Source of the DNA: an uncultured Gammaproteobacteria bacterium
GTDB lineage: Bacteria; Patescibacteriota; Microgenomatia; UBA8517
Assembly: GCA_964627195.1 (NCBI GenBank)
Contig: CAZVJU010000003.1
Location: 14,854-78,853, forward strand
Direction of reading: 5' to 3'
Length of the DNA: 64,000 nucleotides
The position numbers were made by a program, and so were the translations under genes. Under the pieces are notes generated by a model. That model made no database searches. It had not been told where the DNA came from and worked only from the letters and a program-made list of their open reading frames with translations. Position 1 is the stretch's first letter, and each line of letters starts with the position of its first letter. Positions 18,131-25,988 of this stretch are shown here, in pieces.

Positions 18131-18152
18131 TCAAGAGCTAATATATCAAAAT

Positions 18153-18173
18153 ATATCACTCCCGGCGTGGATT
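18153..18173. repeat. REP-like variant tatatcactcccggcgtggat, followed by a tRNA T-loop-like ttcgaacc
   Basis: Same TATCAC...GTG family, with an imperfect right arm. Confidence 0.45.
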
Positions 18174-18195
18174 CGAACCTAATAAGACTTAATTC

Positions 18196-18870
18196 CTAAA
18201 GTTTGTAATTCGAAACTATCTCGTAACTGGCGTAGGGCACGACTTCATCATCAAAAAGGCACATTTTTATTTCCGGCCAGCAATTATCTAAAGCTTTGAT
18301 TTCTTGAATCGAGTACCACTTCACTCCTTCCAGTAACTTCATTGATTCTTTTTCGGTAGGGGTTATTTCAACCTGAAACATGACCTGACCGTCATCAAAA
18401 AGGGATTCACCATCAAGGGTTTTAACGATTTTAGCGTGAAGAGATTTATATTCAAATCTGACTGAGGGGATTTCAATCCCAGTATTCTCTTTAAAGAGTC
18501 TCACTAAGGCAGCTTCCATCGGTTCACCAAACATAGGCCGGCCACTGGGGAAGTTATAGAAATTAATTTTGGCGGTAGGGTGACTTTTTAGTAAATAGTT
18601 GCCGTGACCATCGTGAACAATAAAGCCACAAAAAAAGGTTTTTATTCCCTGCTCACTCAGATCAGATAATTCATAGTTATAAATTTCCTTAATTCCGGTT
18701 GGGGTAATAGCATAGGTATTGTCTTCTTTTTCGATAAATTGATTCTCCAGCAACTGGTTCAGGTGGAAGACTATATTGTTTTCGAAGTTATATCCCCGGG
18801 TTAAAGCCGCATATTTCTGGTTATTTTGTTGGGCAAGCCTTTTAAGTAATACCTTTTGGGTACGGTGCAT
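18196..18870 (-). CDS. wHTH-Nudix-like protein (N-terminal winged-helix-like region plus degenerate Nudix box), paralog 1
   Basis: The block GRPMFGEPMEAALVRLFKENTGIE fits a degenerate Nudix box Gx5Ex7R..E..GI. Much of it aligns by eye with 24670..25344, which has the same 224-aa length. Confidence 0.5.
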   Translation of the reverse strand: MHRTQKVLLKRLAQQNNQKYAALTRGYNFENNIVFHLNQLLENQFIEKEDNTYAITPTGIKEIYNYELSDLSEQGIKTFFCGFIVHDGHGNYLLKSHPTAKINFYNFPSGRPMFGEPMEAALVRLFKENTGIEIPSVRFEYKSLHAKIVKTLDGESLFDDGQVMFQVEITPTEKESMKLLEGVKWYSIQEIKALDNCWPEIKMCLFDDEVVPYASYEIVSNYKL

Positions 18871-19136
18871 AATTTAGTGTAGTTTACTACTCTAGATACG
18901 TTCCTTGGTAGTTGATAAATTACCGCCAAGTATGGAAAACTTAATGGGACAATTAACCGAAGAGGAGCTAGTCAAACACTTATCGCCGGTTGAAAAATGA
19001 CTTTATCGGTCAAGTGATAGGCAAGAGCAGTTGAATATTCTCTGTAATTCAAGTTGGGTTAATACTATCGGCCTTATCATTGAAAAGACGGCCGGACTTG
19101 GCCACCCAACTGATATAATTTTAGGAGGATAAACTT

Positions 19137-19505
19137 ATGTTTAAACAAATGTTTGCTAACTGCATTTTAGTCAAAGATTTTGAAAAATCTTTAGATTTTT
19201 ATCAAAACACATTAGGTTTGGAGCTAAATACCAGAGAGGGTAACTTTGCCAATTTTAAAATTGATAATATCGAGTTGGCGATCATGCAGCAAGACCAAGC
19301 CACCGAAATGCTGCCTAAAGATTTCATGAATAGCGGTGGAAGTGTACTGCTTTGTTTTCAGGTAAGTGACGTGGATAAAACTTGTTCGGACTTGCAAGCC
19401 AAAGGTATAAAGTTTATTTCCGGTCCCAAAGTGACTTCCTGGGGGCAAACCGTAGCCTATTTCCTTGACCCGGACAATAATATTTGGGAAATCTCCAAAA
19501 AATGA
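19137..19505 (+). CDS. VOC/glyoxalase-bleomycin-resistance family protein, paralog 1
   Basis: 122-aa VOC fold pattern. It is preceded by an AGGAGG RBS and is paralogous to 25447..25824. Confidence 0.65.
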   Translation: MFKQMFANCILVKDFEKSLDFYQNTLGLELNTREGNFANFKIDNIELAIMQQDQATEMLPKDFMNSGGSVLLCFQVSDVDKTCSDLQAKGIKFISGPKVTSWGQTVAYFLDPDNNIWEISKK

Positions 19506-20134
19506 TTAAAGCAATTATTTTTGATTACGATGAAACGCTGGTGCAAACTCTTGATGCCCGGATCCAGGCTTATATCCAGTTGGCTAAACAGGAATATCAC
19601 TTTGATTTAAAAGAGGAGGCGATTAGAAAGGCTTTTGGATTACCATACGAGGTGTTTATTAAAACCCTTTTTAGCGAGGTTGATAGCGTCGAGAATATTA
19701 TTGGCAACTATCAAAAAATCACTCCCAATTTTCCCAATAAAGCCTACCCCCAAGCAGTGGAGACCGTCAATAAATTATTGACCAAATATTTGGTGGGCAT
19801 TATAAGCGGCTCAAGGCGAAAAATGATGATAGAGGATTTACATAAGCTCCAATTCCTGGTGGATAAATTCTTTTATATTCAGTCTGGGGAAGACACTGCT
19901 GTTCATAAACCAGATCCAAAAGTGTTTGACCCTTTAATTCAAAAGCTAAAGACTTTGGCTATTAAACCGAAAGAAGCTTTATATGTCGGCGACGACTTGC
20001 GGGACCGTGAAGCCAGCACCAAAGCGGGGATGCAATATATCGCAATTGCCAATCACACCACAGAGGCTAAGGTGTTTGAAAGTCAGAAGATTCCTTATGT
20101 CTTGAGTTTCGATGAACTTAACCGTAAATACTGA
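19502..20134 (+). CDS. HAD-superfamily hydrolase
   Basis: Motif I is IIFDYDETL and motif IV is VGDDLRD. The start at MIKAII overlaps the VOC stop as ATGA. The ORF track places an upstream Met at 19484. Confidence 0.75.
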   Translation: MIKAIIFDYDETLVQTLDARIQAYIQLAKQEYHFDLKEEAIRKAFGLPYEVFIKTLFSEVDSVENIIGNYQKITPNFPNKAYPQAVETVNKLLTKYLVGIISGSRRKMMIEDLHKLQFLVDKFFYIQSGEDTAVHKPDPKVFDPLIQKLKTLAIKPKEALYVGDDLRDREASTKAGMQYIAIANHTTEAKVFESQKIPYVLSFDELNRKY

Positions 20135-20166
20135 AAGCAGGGTATGTCCGGTTACCCATGTAGTAG

Positions 20167-20195
20167 GTTCGAATAGAGTCCACGCAGGCCAGCAA
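20167..20195 (+). repeat. About 34-nt 3'-end element, copy A (degenerate: gttcgaatagagtccacgcaggccagcaa)
   Basis: Shares the GTTCGAA...GTCCAC...CAGCC.AGCAA blocks with copies B, C and D. Confidence 0.5.
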
Positions 20196-20371
20196 ATTCA
20201 AATTTCCAGAAAAGAAAATTTGCTACCGATATTGTATCCTTATGTTTCCATATTAAACTGGTTCGGCCCCCCAATTGACCTTTTCTTTTGAGCTACCATA
20301 ACTTTAAATGAATATTACTTGCAACAAGGATATTTGTTTGATTACGTTACCTATATAAGAATGATGTAATG

Positions 20372-21274
20372 TTAACGTTCCTTACTCAATCCAATGCGAA
20401 TTGAGGCTTGACCTTCTTTCACTACCTTATCAATAACAATAACTCGTTCCATAGGCTCCATTTCTCTTACACTTCTAGCCTCATTTATCTGAAAAACACC
20501 ATTTTCAATCTCTCTTAATGCGGCAATTGTATTTGCAATCATGATGCCATTGTCGCCATCTTCTGCATAATATAAATACGGCCGATGATAGACGAGACCA
20601 TCTTCTCTGCTTCCTCTTCGTAATCCATATAATTTCAAGTTATTACCTTCTTTTCTTAACAACAAAGAATGAATTAGAGTCGGAATTTCATGCAATATCA
20701 TAGTCGCATTTACGTCTGATTCTGCTAGGATATTTTCAATCCAGTTAATTGTAAAAAGCACTCGATCATCTCTATTGAAATCTTGCGTACATTTTTTAAT
20801 ACCTAACCTTTCCGCAATTTCTGGAATTCGTTTACTCGTTTTTGGACTTTCCTCCAGGACCCACGATAAATTAGCGCAAACCGCTAACCCAGTAGTATCA
20901 GTAAAGCCAATGGCTGGGCTTTCTGTTTTATCCCAAGCCTGTGTTTGTTCAGCAAAAACGAATTGAAACTTAGTTTCACTTAATCCGCACGCATCAAATA
21001 CCTCAAACAAACTGATATTTGAAGAGTAAGTTGCTGTTAGTAACTGGCTATTTGTTAGAAATGTATGTTTAGTTAGAGATAATGAATACCTTTCGTCCAT
21101 TATCTTCATTTCTTCGAAATAACAGTCGTCAAAATTTGCGATTAACATCCCCATCGTTGTTCCAAAATCAGCGTAGTGTCCGGGTTTATGATAATTTCTC
21201 ATTTGCTCAAGTGCAGATGAGACATTACCTAATGCTATAGGTTTATTGTGAATATATGATAAGACAGTAGACAT
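20372..21274 (-). CDS. Hypothetical protein (300 aa), unrecognised family
   Basis: Long clean ORF with composition distinct from the neighbouring AT-rich small genes. No motif recognised. Confidence 0.4.
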   Translation of the reverse strand: MSTVLSYIHNKPIALGNVSSALEQMRNYHKPGHYADFGTTMGMLIANFDDCYFEEMKIMDERYSLSLTKHTFLTNSQLLTATYSSNISLFEVFDACGLSETKFQFVFAEQTQAWDKTESPAIGFTDTTGLAVCANLSWVLEESPKTSKRIPEIAERLGIKKCTQDFNRDDRVLFTINWIENILAESDVNATMILHEIPTLIHSLLLRKEGNNLKLYGLRRGSREDGLVYHRPYLYYAEDGDNGIMIANTIAALREIENGVFQINEARSVREMEPMERVIVIDKVVKEGQASIRIGLSKER

Positions 21275-21459
21275 GATGAAGAATTATAAACAAAACAGAC
21301 TAAGTCTGCAAACTGTTTAAATTGAGGAAGAGTTTGATAATTAATTGTCGCCAATAATTCGTTTCAAGGTATGAAGTATTTCAAAAATAGATTTAATATT
21401 CTTCCAGATGTGGTTCCACCTACGGACAAGCTCGCCAGCCAAGATGTATAATTGAATAA

Positions 21460-21780
21460 ATGAAAAAGTCTTTGTTAACTTCACTATTGTTTGCATTTAT
21501 ACTTCTCAATCTCAGTTGGTTTTATGCAAAAAGTGTTACTTGCAGTGGTGGTTCACTTTCAGTAATCAGTTTTGCTAATGGTTGCCAGCCAGGACAAATA
21601 GTATATTATGTCCGCGGTTTTCCTATTGAATTCTTTTGGAGTAACAACACCGGCTTTGTACTTTTTTGGTATTTAATTGACTATTTAATATTTTTTATTT
21701 TTGTTCAATTGTTATTAACAATTATTAGGTTATTTAAATTAAAGCTATCAGATAGTTCTAATGATAAGTTAAGAAAATAA
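21460..21780 (+). CDS. Small hypothetical membrane protein
   Basis: 106 aa with 2 TM segments. It is followed directly by 3'-element copy B. Confidence 0.35.
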   Translation: MKKSLLTSLLFAFILLNLSWFYAKSVTCSGGSLSVISFANGCQPGQIVYYVRGFPIEFFWSNNTGFVLFWYLIDYLIFFIFVQLLLTIIRLFKLKLSDSSNDKLRK

Positions 21781-21814
21781 GTTCGAACAGCGTCCACAGT
21801 TCGCAGCCAGCAAT
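21781..21814 (+). repeat. About 34-nt 3'-end element, copy B (gttcgaacagcgtccacagttcgcagccagcaat)
   Basis: Starts at the nucleotide after the TAA stop. It has an internal inverted repeat cgaac...gttcg. Confidence 0.65.
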
Positions 21815-21898
21815 GAACAAATTATCTCGGTTTGCCAAGCTAATACAAACCCGGAATGGTAAATTTAACACGCTAAAATTACGAAGTATAATTTAATT

Positions 21899-22690
21899 GT
21901 GAGACGTTTTTTACTGATAGTTACATTTCTGATTTTTTACGTCTTGTTTCTGAGATTACCTGTCTTAAAAACAAAGGTGCAAGGAAACAATTTCTACTAT
22001 AGGGATTTATTGGGATTTATTTATACACGACATTCTAGTTGTGGATGGATAGGGCCATGTTCTCATTGGGATGTGCCATTATTAGGTATACACAGTTTCA
22101 CATTTAAAACTTTAAAGTATAGTGGGTTGGATTGTTTAGATGCTTACGCAAAGTCAAACACTGCCCTTTACTATTTAGGCGAAAAACAACATCAGGTCAA
22201 AAGCCCCGCAACTTTTGAGTTAATGAATAATATGTATGCTAAAGATTCAGCAAACGTTTATAAACTTTGCGAACTAGAAGTTTTAAACATCGCCGAGCCG
22301 GATCGGTTTATAACAGTAGGGCCTGTTTGCTCAAAAAGCACCACCAGTGTTTACTGCTTTCAAAAAGAAGTAGAAAATGCAGATATAAATTCTTTCGAAC
22401 ATGTGTGGAGAGGATATTACAAAGATAAAAACAAGATTTATTTTTTAGGTAAACCATTAGGTGAGATCGATCCTGATACTTTCGAGTTATTGTCATGGGG
22501 ATACCTTAAAGATAAAAATGCCATTTTCTTTTTCGACGAGAATGCAAAGGAGTTAACCGAATTAAAGAGCGCGGATAAAACCACTTTTAAAGTATTAACT
22601 GAAATGTATGCAGTTGATGCTTCACACGTTTTCAAAAGCGGGATTGTGTTATCACATACAAATCCTAAAATCTTTAAAGTACCTCAATGA
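21899..22690 (+). CDS. DKNYY-repeat family protein, N-terminal TM anchor
   Basis: Repeated YxxDxNxVY/F blocks: AKDSANVYKL, YKDKNKIYFLG, LKDKNAIFFFD and YAVDASHVFKSG. GTG start. Confidence 0.55.
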   Translation: MRRFLLIVTFLIFYVLFLRLPVLKTKVQGNNFYYRDLLGFIYTRHSSCGWIGPCSHWDVPLLGIHSFTFKTLKYSGLDCLDAYAKSNTALYYLGEKQHQVKSPATFELMNNMYAKDSANVYKLCELEVLNIAEPDRFITVGPVCSKSTTSVYCFQKEVENADINSFEHVWRGYYKDKNKIYFLGKPLGEIDPDTFELLSWGYLKDKNAIFFFDENAKELTELKSADKTTFKVLTEMYAVDASHVFKSGIVLSHTNPKIFKVPQ

Positions 22691-23019
22691 CACTAAACGG
22701 TTCCAGACCGGCCTGCTCAGCAAATAATATTAAGACAAAAACATCCGTACGAATTTGCTATCATTTGCTTATGGGTAGAGTACAGAATTTTTTGAGGCCA
22801 AGTATTAGAAGAATAATATTTGCGTTAATAATATGGCTTGTATTGTGGCTTGTGTCCTATTTTTTTACCGCCAAATGTTTCTTAGCTGACTGTATAAGCG
22901 ATGGTCAAATGACTTCCTGCTGTAGTTCTCTTGAAAATAAAATCGCTGAACTTTTCTACACTATCAAGTTATCTTTTCCAGTAATCGCATACTTATTGTC
23001 TTGTAAATTAACAAAATAG
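22687..23019 (+). CDS. Small hypothetical membrane protein
   Basis: 110 aa. It overlaps the upstream gene by 4 nt and is followed directly by 3'-element copy C. Confidence 0.35.
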   Translation: MTLNGSRPACSANNIKTKTSVRICYHLLMGRVQNFLRPSIRRIIFALIIWLVLWLVSYFFTAKCFLADCISDGQMTSCCSSLENKIAELFYTIKLSFPVIAYLLSCKLTK

Positions 23020-23052
23020 GTTCGAACTCTGTCCACAGTTCGCAGCTCAGAT
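23020..23052 (+). repeat. About 34-nt 3'-end element, copy C (gttcgaactctgtccacagttcgcagctcagat)
   Basis: Starts at the nucleotide after the TAG stop. It has an inverted repeat cgaact...agttcg. Confidence 0.65.
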
Positions 23053-23341
23053 TCCAGCGAGGTGACCGTGGTCTCTTAAAAAGCCCATGTTCTCGCCACA
23101 AGTCGGAAATATTTAAGTCGACATTCGTACTACACCCTCGTTGTCCAGTAAAATGCCATGAAATAGGCATATTTTGATAAGTTATAAGGATAGATCGGTG
23201 ATATTTTAAGCAGAAATTCTCTCTGGAAGCCAAGTATGGCGTTCATGACTTAATTCACCCATAAAATAGGATTCGAACCAAACTATCCTATATTTTATAG
23301 AAAATGACCTGAATTTTTATATTTTTTGCTATAATCCGTCT

Positions 23342-24046
23342 ATGGCTCAGGAAAAAGAAATAAAAATACTTTTAAACATCGATCTTGACGAATTTGTAAA
23401 AAGAATTCAGAAAAAAGGTTATAAATTACAACACATATTAAAACAAACTGATATCTATTTTGATACCAAAAACTGGTTTCTTTATAAAAACATTGCTGCC
23501 CTCAGGTTAAGGCAAATAGACAATAAAGACAGCTCGTTCTCTTTTAAGAAAGTTTTTTATTTACCCAAGAAAAAGGACTATTACATTGAAGAAATTGAAG
23601 TTAAGTTTCCATTTAAGGACTATGCCAAGCTGAAAGAAATTTTCGAAAGAGTAAATATACCATTTAAGGAAAGTGTTTTTAAAAGTGGATCTGAACTCAC
23701 AAAGTACTTATCTGGCTACAAATATTTTGACAAGCAAAAGATGCCAAAAATAAGAAGCGTATATTCCGATGGAGAAGATGAAATAACAATTGATAATGTC
23801 GAAAACGTAGGAATAATAGTTGAGTTGGAATGTCTGGAAAACGATCCTTTCCATATAATTAAAACTATTTTGAAAAACAAAGAATGGAACAGAAGTTTAG
23901 AAGGGACAAGCTATATTTGGTTAAGAAAGGTGAAAGGCTTAACTTCGCATTTGTCGAACTTGGAGAGATTCAAAACCGAACCTGATTGGAATGTTTGGGA
24001 AAACGAAAGAGCTATGTATACCAAAATGCTGAATGGTAAAATGTAA
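23342..24046 (+). CDS. CYTH-domain protein (class IV adenylate cyclase / triphosphate tunnel metalloenzyme family)
   Basis: The N-terminal ExExK signature is present (QEKEIKIL). The length and pattern fit a CYTH fold. Confidence 0.6.
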   Translation: MAQEKEIKILLNIDLDEFVKRIQKKGYKLQHILKQTDIYFDTKNWFLYKNIAALRLRQIDNKDSSFSFKKVFYLPKKKDYYIEEIEVKFPFKDYAKLKEIFERVNIPFKESVFKSGSELTKYLSGYKYFDKQKMPKIRSVYSDGEDEITIDNVENVGIIVELECLENDPFHIIKTILKNKEWNRSLEGTSYIWLRKVKGLTSHLSNLERFKTEPDWNVWENERAMYTKMLNGKM

Positions 24047-24084
24047 AGATAAGATAATTTGAAACTGACTTATTAAATAAATTA

Positions 24085-24483
24085 ATGTCGCTTAATATTA
24101 AAGAGATCGGAAAACTTTTTAAAACAGAGATTGTTTACTTGGCAACTTCTGATTTACAAGGCAATCCGCACGTAAAACCGATTTGGTTTGTGTACTACAA
24201 AGGAAAAATCTGGTTTGAAACAGATATTATTACAAGAGCTTTCAAAAACATCAAGGAAAATAACAAAATTATGCTCTGCTTTGGAGGACGTGAGACTTAT
24301 CTAATCTGGGGAAGCGTTAAATGGTATAAAGAAAAAGATGCACAAGTTCCTTTCAGAAAAATGTTTTGGGAGAAGTATGGTAAAGATATGGACGATAGTT
24401 ATATCACCGAAAAAACCAGAATTTTTGAGGTGATAATTACCAAAGAAATGTCCTGGCACTACGCCGACCAAAACTGGGAATAA
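24085..24483 (+). CDS. Pyridoxamine 5'-phosphate oxidase-like FMN-binding split-barrel protein
   Basis: The block VYLATSDLQGNPHVKPIWFVYYKGKIWFET is typical of the PNPOx-like family. Confidence 0.6.
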   Translation: MSLNIKEIGKLFKTEIVYLATSDLQGNPHVKPIWFVYYKGKIWFETDIITRAFKNIKENNKIMLCFGGRETYLIWGSVKWYKEKDAQVPFRKMFWEKYGKDMDDSYITEKTRIFEVIITKEMSWHYADQNWE

Positions 24484-24523
24484 TTCTCCACTTTTCCCTA
24501 ACCAATTGAAACTAAATAGTTTC

Positions 24524-24642
24524 ATAGAAGTCCACAGCTAAAGCCGTGGTCCTTCGAGCTTCATTCGCCTTAGGCGAATGAATTTTCAATGATTCAATTC
24601 ATCCACGTCCAAAGACGTGAACTTCTTGAATTAGCTTAAAAG
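24524..24642 (+). repeat. MITE-like multi-hairpin element, copy 1 (119 nt)
   Basis: Terminal inverted repeats agaagtccac / gtgaacttct. Internal hairpins are ccacagc..gccgtgg, cattcgcc-tta-ggcgaatg and cacgtc-caaa-gacgtg. Copies also at 27473 and 62196. Confidence 0.75.
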
Positions 24643-24669
24643 TATTAACTTTTGAAGTAGGTTAATAAC

Positions 24670-25344
24670 TCAATCTAGAATATAATCTGATACAAATTCA
24701 TATTGTAAGTAATTGGCTCTATTATTTTGAACTAATAAGATATCTAACTCTGGCCATTTATTAGTTAGGTCTCTGATTTTCTCAAGGTTCATCCATTGAA
24801 TCTGTCTTCCCAGTTCCATTTTCGATCTATGGCTAGGATTTACGATTACTTGATAAATTGCAAAAGCGTCATCAAATAAAACTTCACCGGTTGATGTTTT
24901 TATAGTCTTTAAATGTAAGCTTAAATACTTGAAATTATTTGACTCAACTTCTAGACCAGTGTTTTCATAGAAAATACGAATTAAAGCTTTTTCAGTGTTT
25001 TCCCCAAAATGAGGCTTTCCACTCGGTAAGTTATAGAAATTTGTTTTTCCTCCCGGATGCTCCTTTACCAAAAAGTCATCTCCTGATTTACACACGAAGC
25101 CGATAAAAAATGTTTTGAAACCAGTGTCAGTTAATGAACTTAAATCGTATTTAGCAATTTCTTTAATTCCCACGGAACTAATCTTGTAAATATTGCTTGT
25201 CTTTTCTATAAATCCTTTTTTCAGGAGTTGTTTTAAGTGGAAGACAATATTATCTTCAAAGCTATAACCCCCTGTTAAAGAAGAATACTTTTGGTTGTTA
25301 TTTATTAACAGCCTCTTAAGAAATATCTTTTGGATTTCATGCAT
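24670..25344 (-). CDS. wHTH-Nudix-like protein, paralog 2
   Basis: 224 aa, alignable by eye across most of its length with 18196..18870. Same divergent arrangement with a VOC gene. Confidence 0.5.
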   Translation of the reverse strand: MHEIQKIFLKRLLINNNQKYSSLTGGYSFEDNIVFHLKQLLKKGFIEKTSNIYKISSVGIKEIAKYDLSSLTDTGFKTFFIGFVCKSGDDFLVKEHPGGKTNFYNLPSGKPHFGENTEKALIRIFYENTGLEVESNNFKYLSLHLKTIKTSTGEVLFDDAFAIYQVIVNPSHRSKMELGRQIQWMNLEKIRDLTNKWPELDILLVQNNRANYLQYEFVSDYILD

Positions 25345-25446
25345 AAATAGTAAGCTTAATTATAAGGCAACTTGGTGTAGCCGACTACCCTAGATAAATT
25401 AGTGTCAAAACGGTATTCTAGCTATGTTTGGAAGGAGGTGAGACCC

Positions 25447-25824
25447 ATGTTTAATAAACTATTCGCTGTTTGCCTTTTGGTTAATGATTTTGAAAAATCT
25501 TTTAAGTTTTATAAGGAAACCTTAGGACTAAAAGTAAAATCTCAAGAGGGAAAATTTGCTAATTTTAAATTAGGGGAAACCGAACTTGCTGTTTTCCAGA
25601 AAGATGAAGCAATAGCGATGTTCCCCAAGGAACATATGGGGAGTGGAGGTGGTGTTTCAATTGGTTTTCAAGTAGATAATGTAGAAAGAACTTGTAAAGA
25701 GTTAAAATCAAAAGAGGTAGAAATTTTTGAAGGACCAAAAAAAACTCCCTGGGGTCAGGAAGTGGCATATTTCAAAGATCCTGATGCAAATATCTGGGAG
25801 ATTTCTGAGCCTTTTGAAGAGTAA
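25447..25824 (+). CDS. VOC/glyoxalase family protein, paralog 2
   Basis: Homologous to 19137..19505. The start at MFNKLFAV is preceded by a GGAGGTGA RBS. The ORF track gives a longer ORF from 25402. Confidence 0.65.
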   Translation: MFNKLFAVCLLVNDFEKSFKFYKETLGLKVKSQEGKFANFKLGETELAVFQKDEAIAMFPKEHMGSGGGVSIGFQVDNVERTCKELKSKEVEIFEGPKKTPWGQEVAYFKDPDANIWEISEPFEE

Positions 25825-25832
25825 AGGCAACT

Positions 25833-25988
25833 ATGAAACTGGAGAAAAAAGAAACAATAGAGATAGCACCCATGTCTCCATTTCATTTTGACTCAACTTT
25901 TTTAAACCAGGTCACTTTCCGAGCAGTGATACCAAATGGGAATCAGGAAAAAGATGGCAAACCATGCTTTGGCGAAGAGAGAGGTTAG
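25833..25988 (+). other. 51-codon ORF fragment in a different frame that looks like the displaced N-terminus of the downstream HhH-GPD glycosylase gene
   Basis: Translation MKLEKKETIEIAPMSPFHFDSTFLNQVTF... resembles a glycosylase N-terminus. It overlaps the start of 25964..26785. Confidence 0.35.

Noticed and set aside
18153-18185. tRNA 3'-half fragment (ggcgtggattcgaacc) as an att-site repeat of an element integrated at tRNA-Gln
   Set aside because: It is on the opposite strand from tRNA-Gln. The T-stem cannot pair, and it is not a direct repeat of the tRNA-Gln 3' end. It fits the REP-like family better.
17195-23052. Interpreting the 34-nt 3'-end elements as integron attC sites
   Set aside because: There is no integron integrase gene in the window. 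The attC R''/R' cores (RYYYAAC...GTTRRRY) are absent. Promoters lie between the units. I report it as an unexplained repeat family instead.
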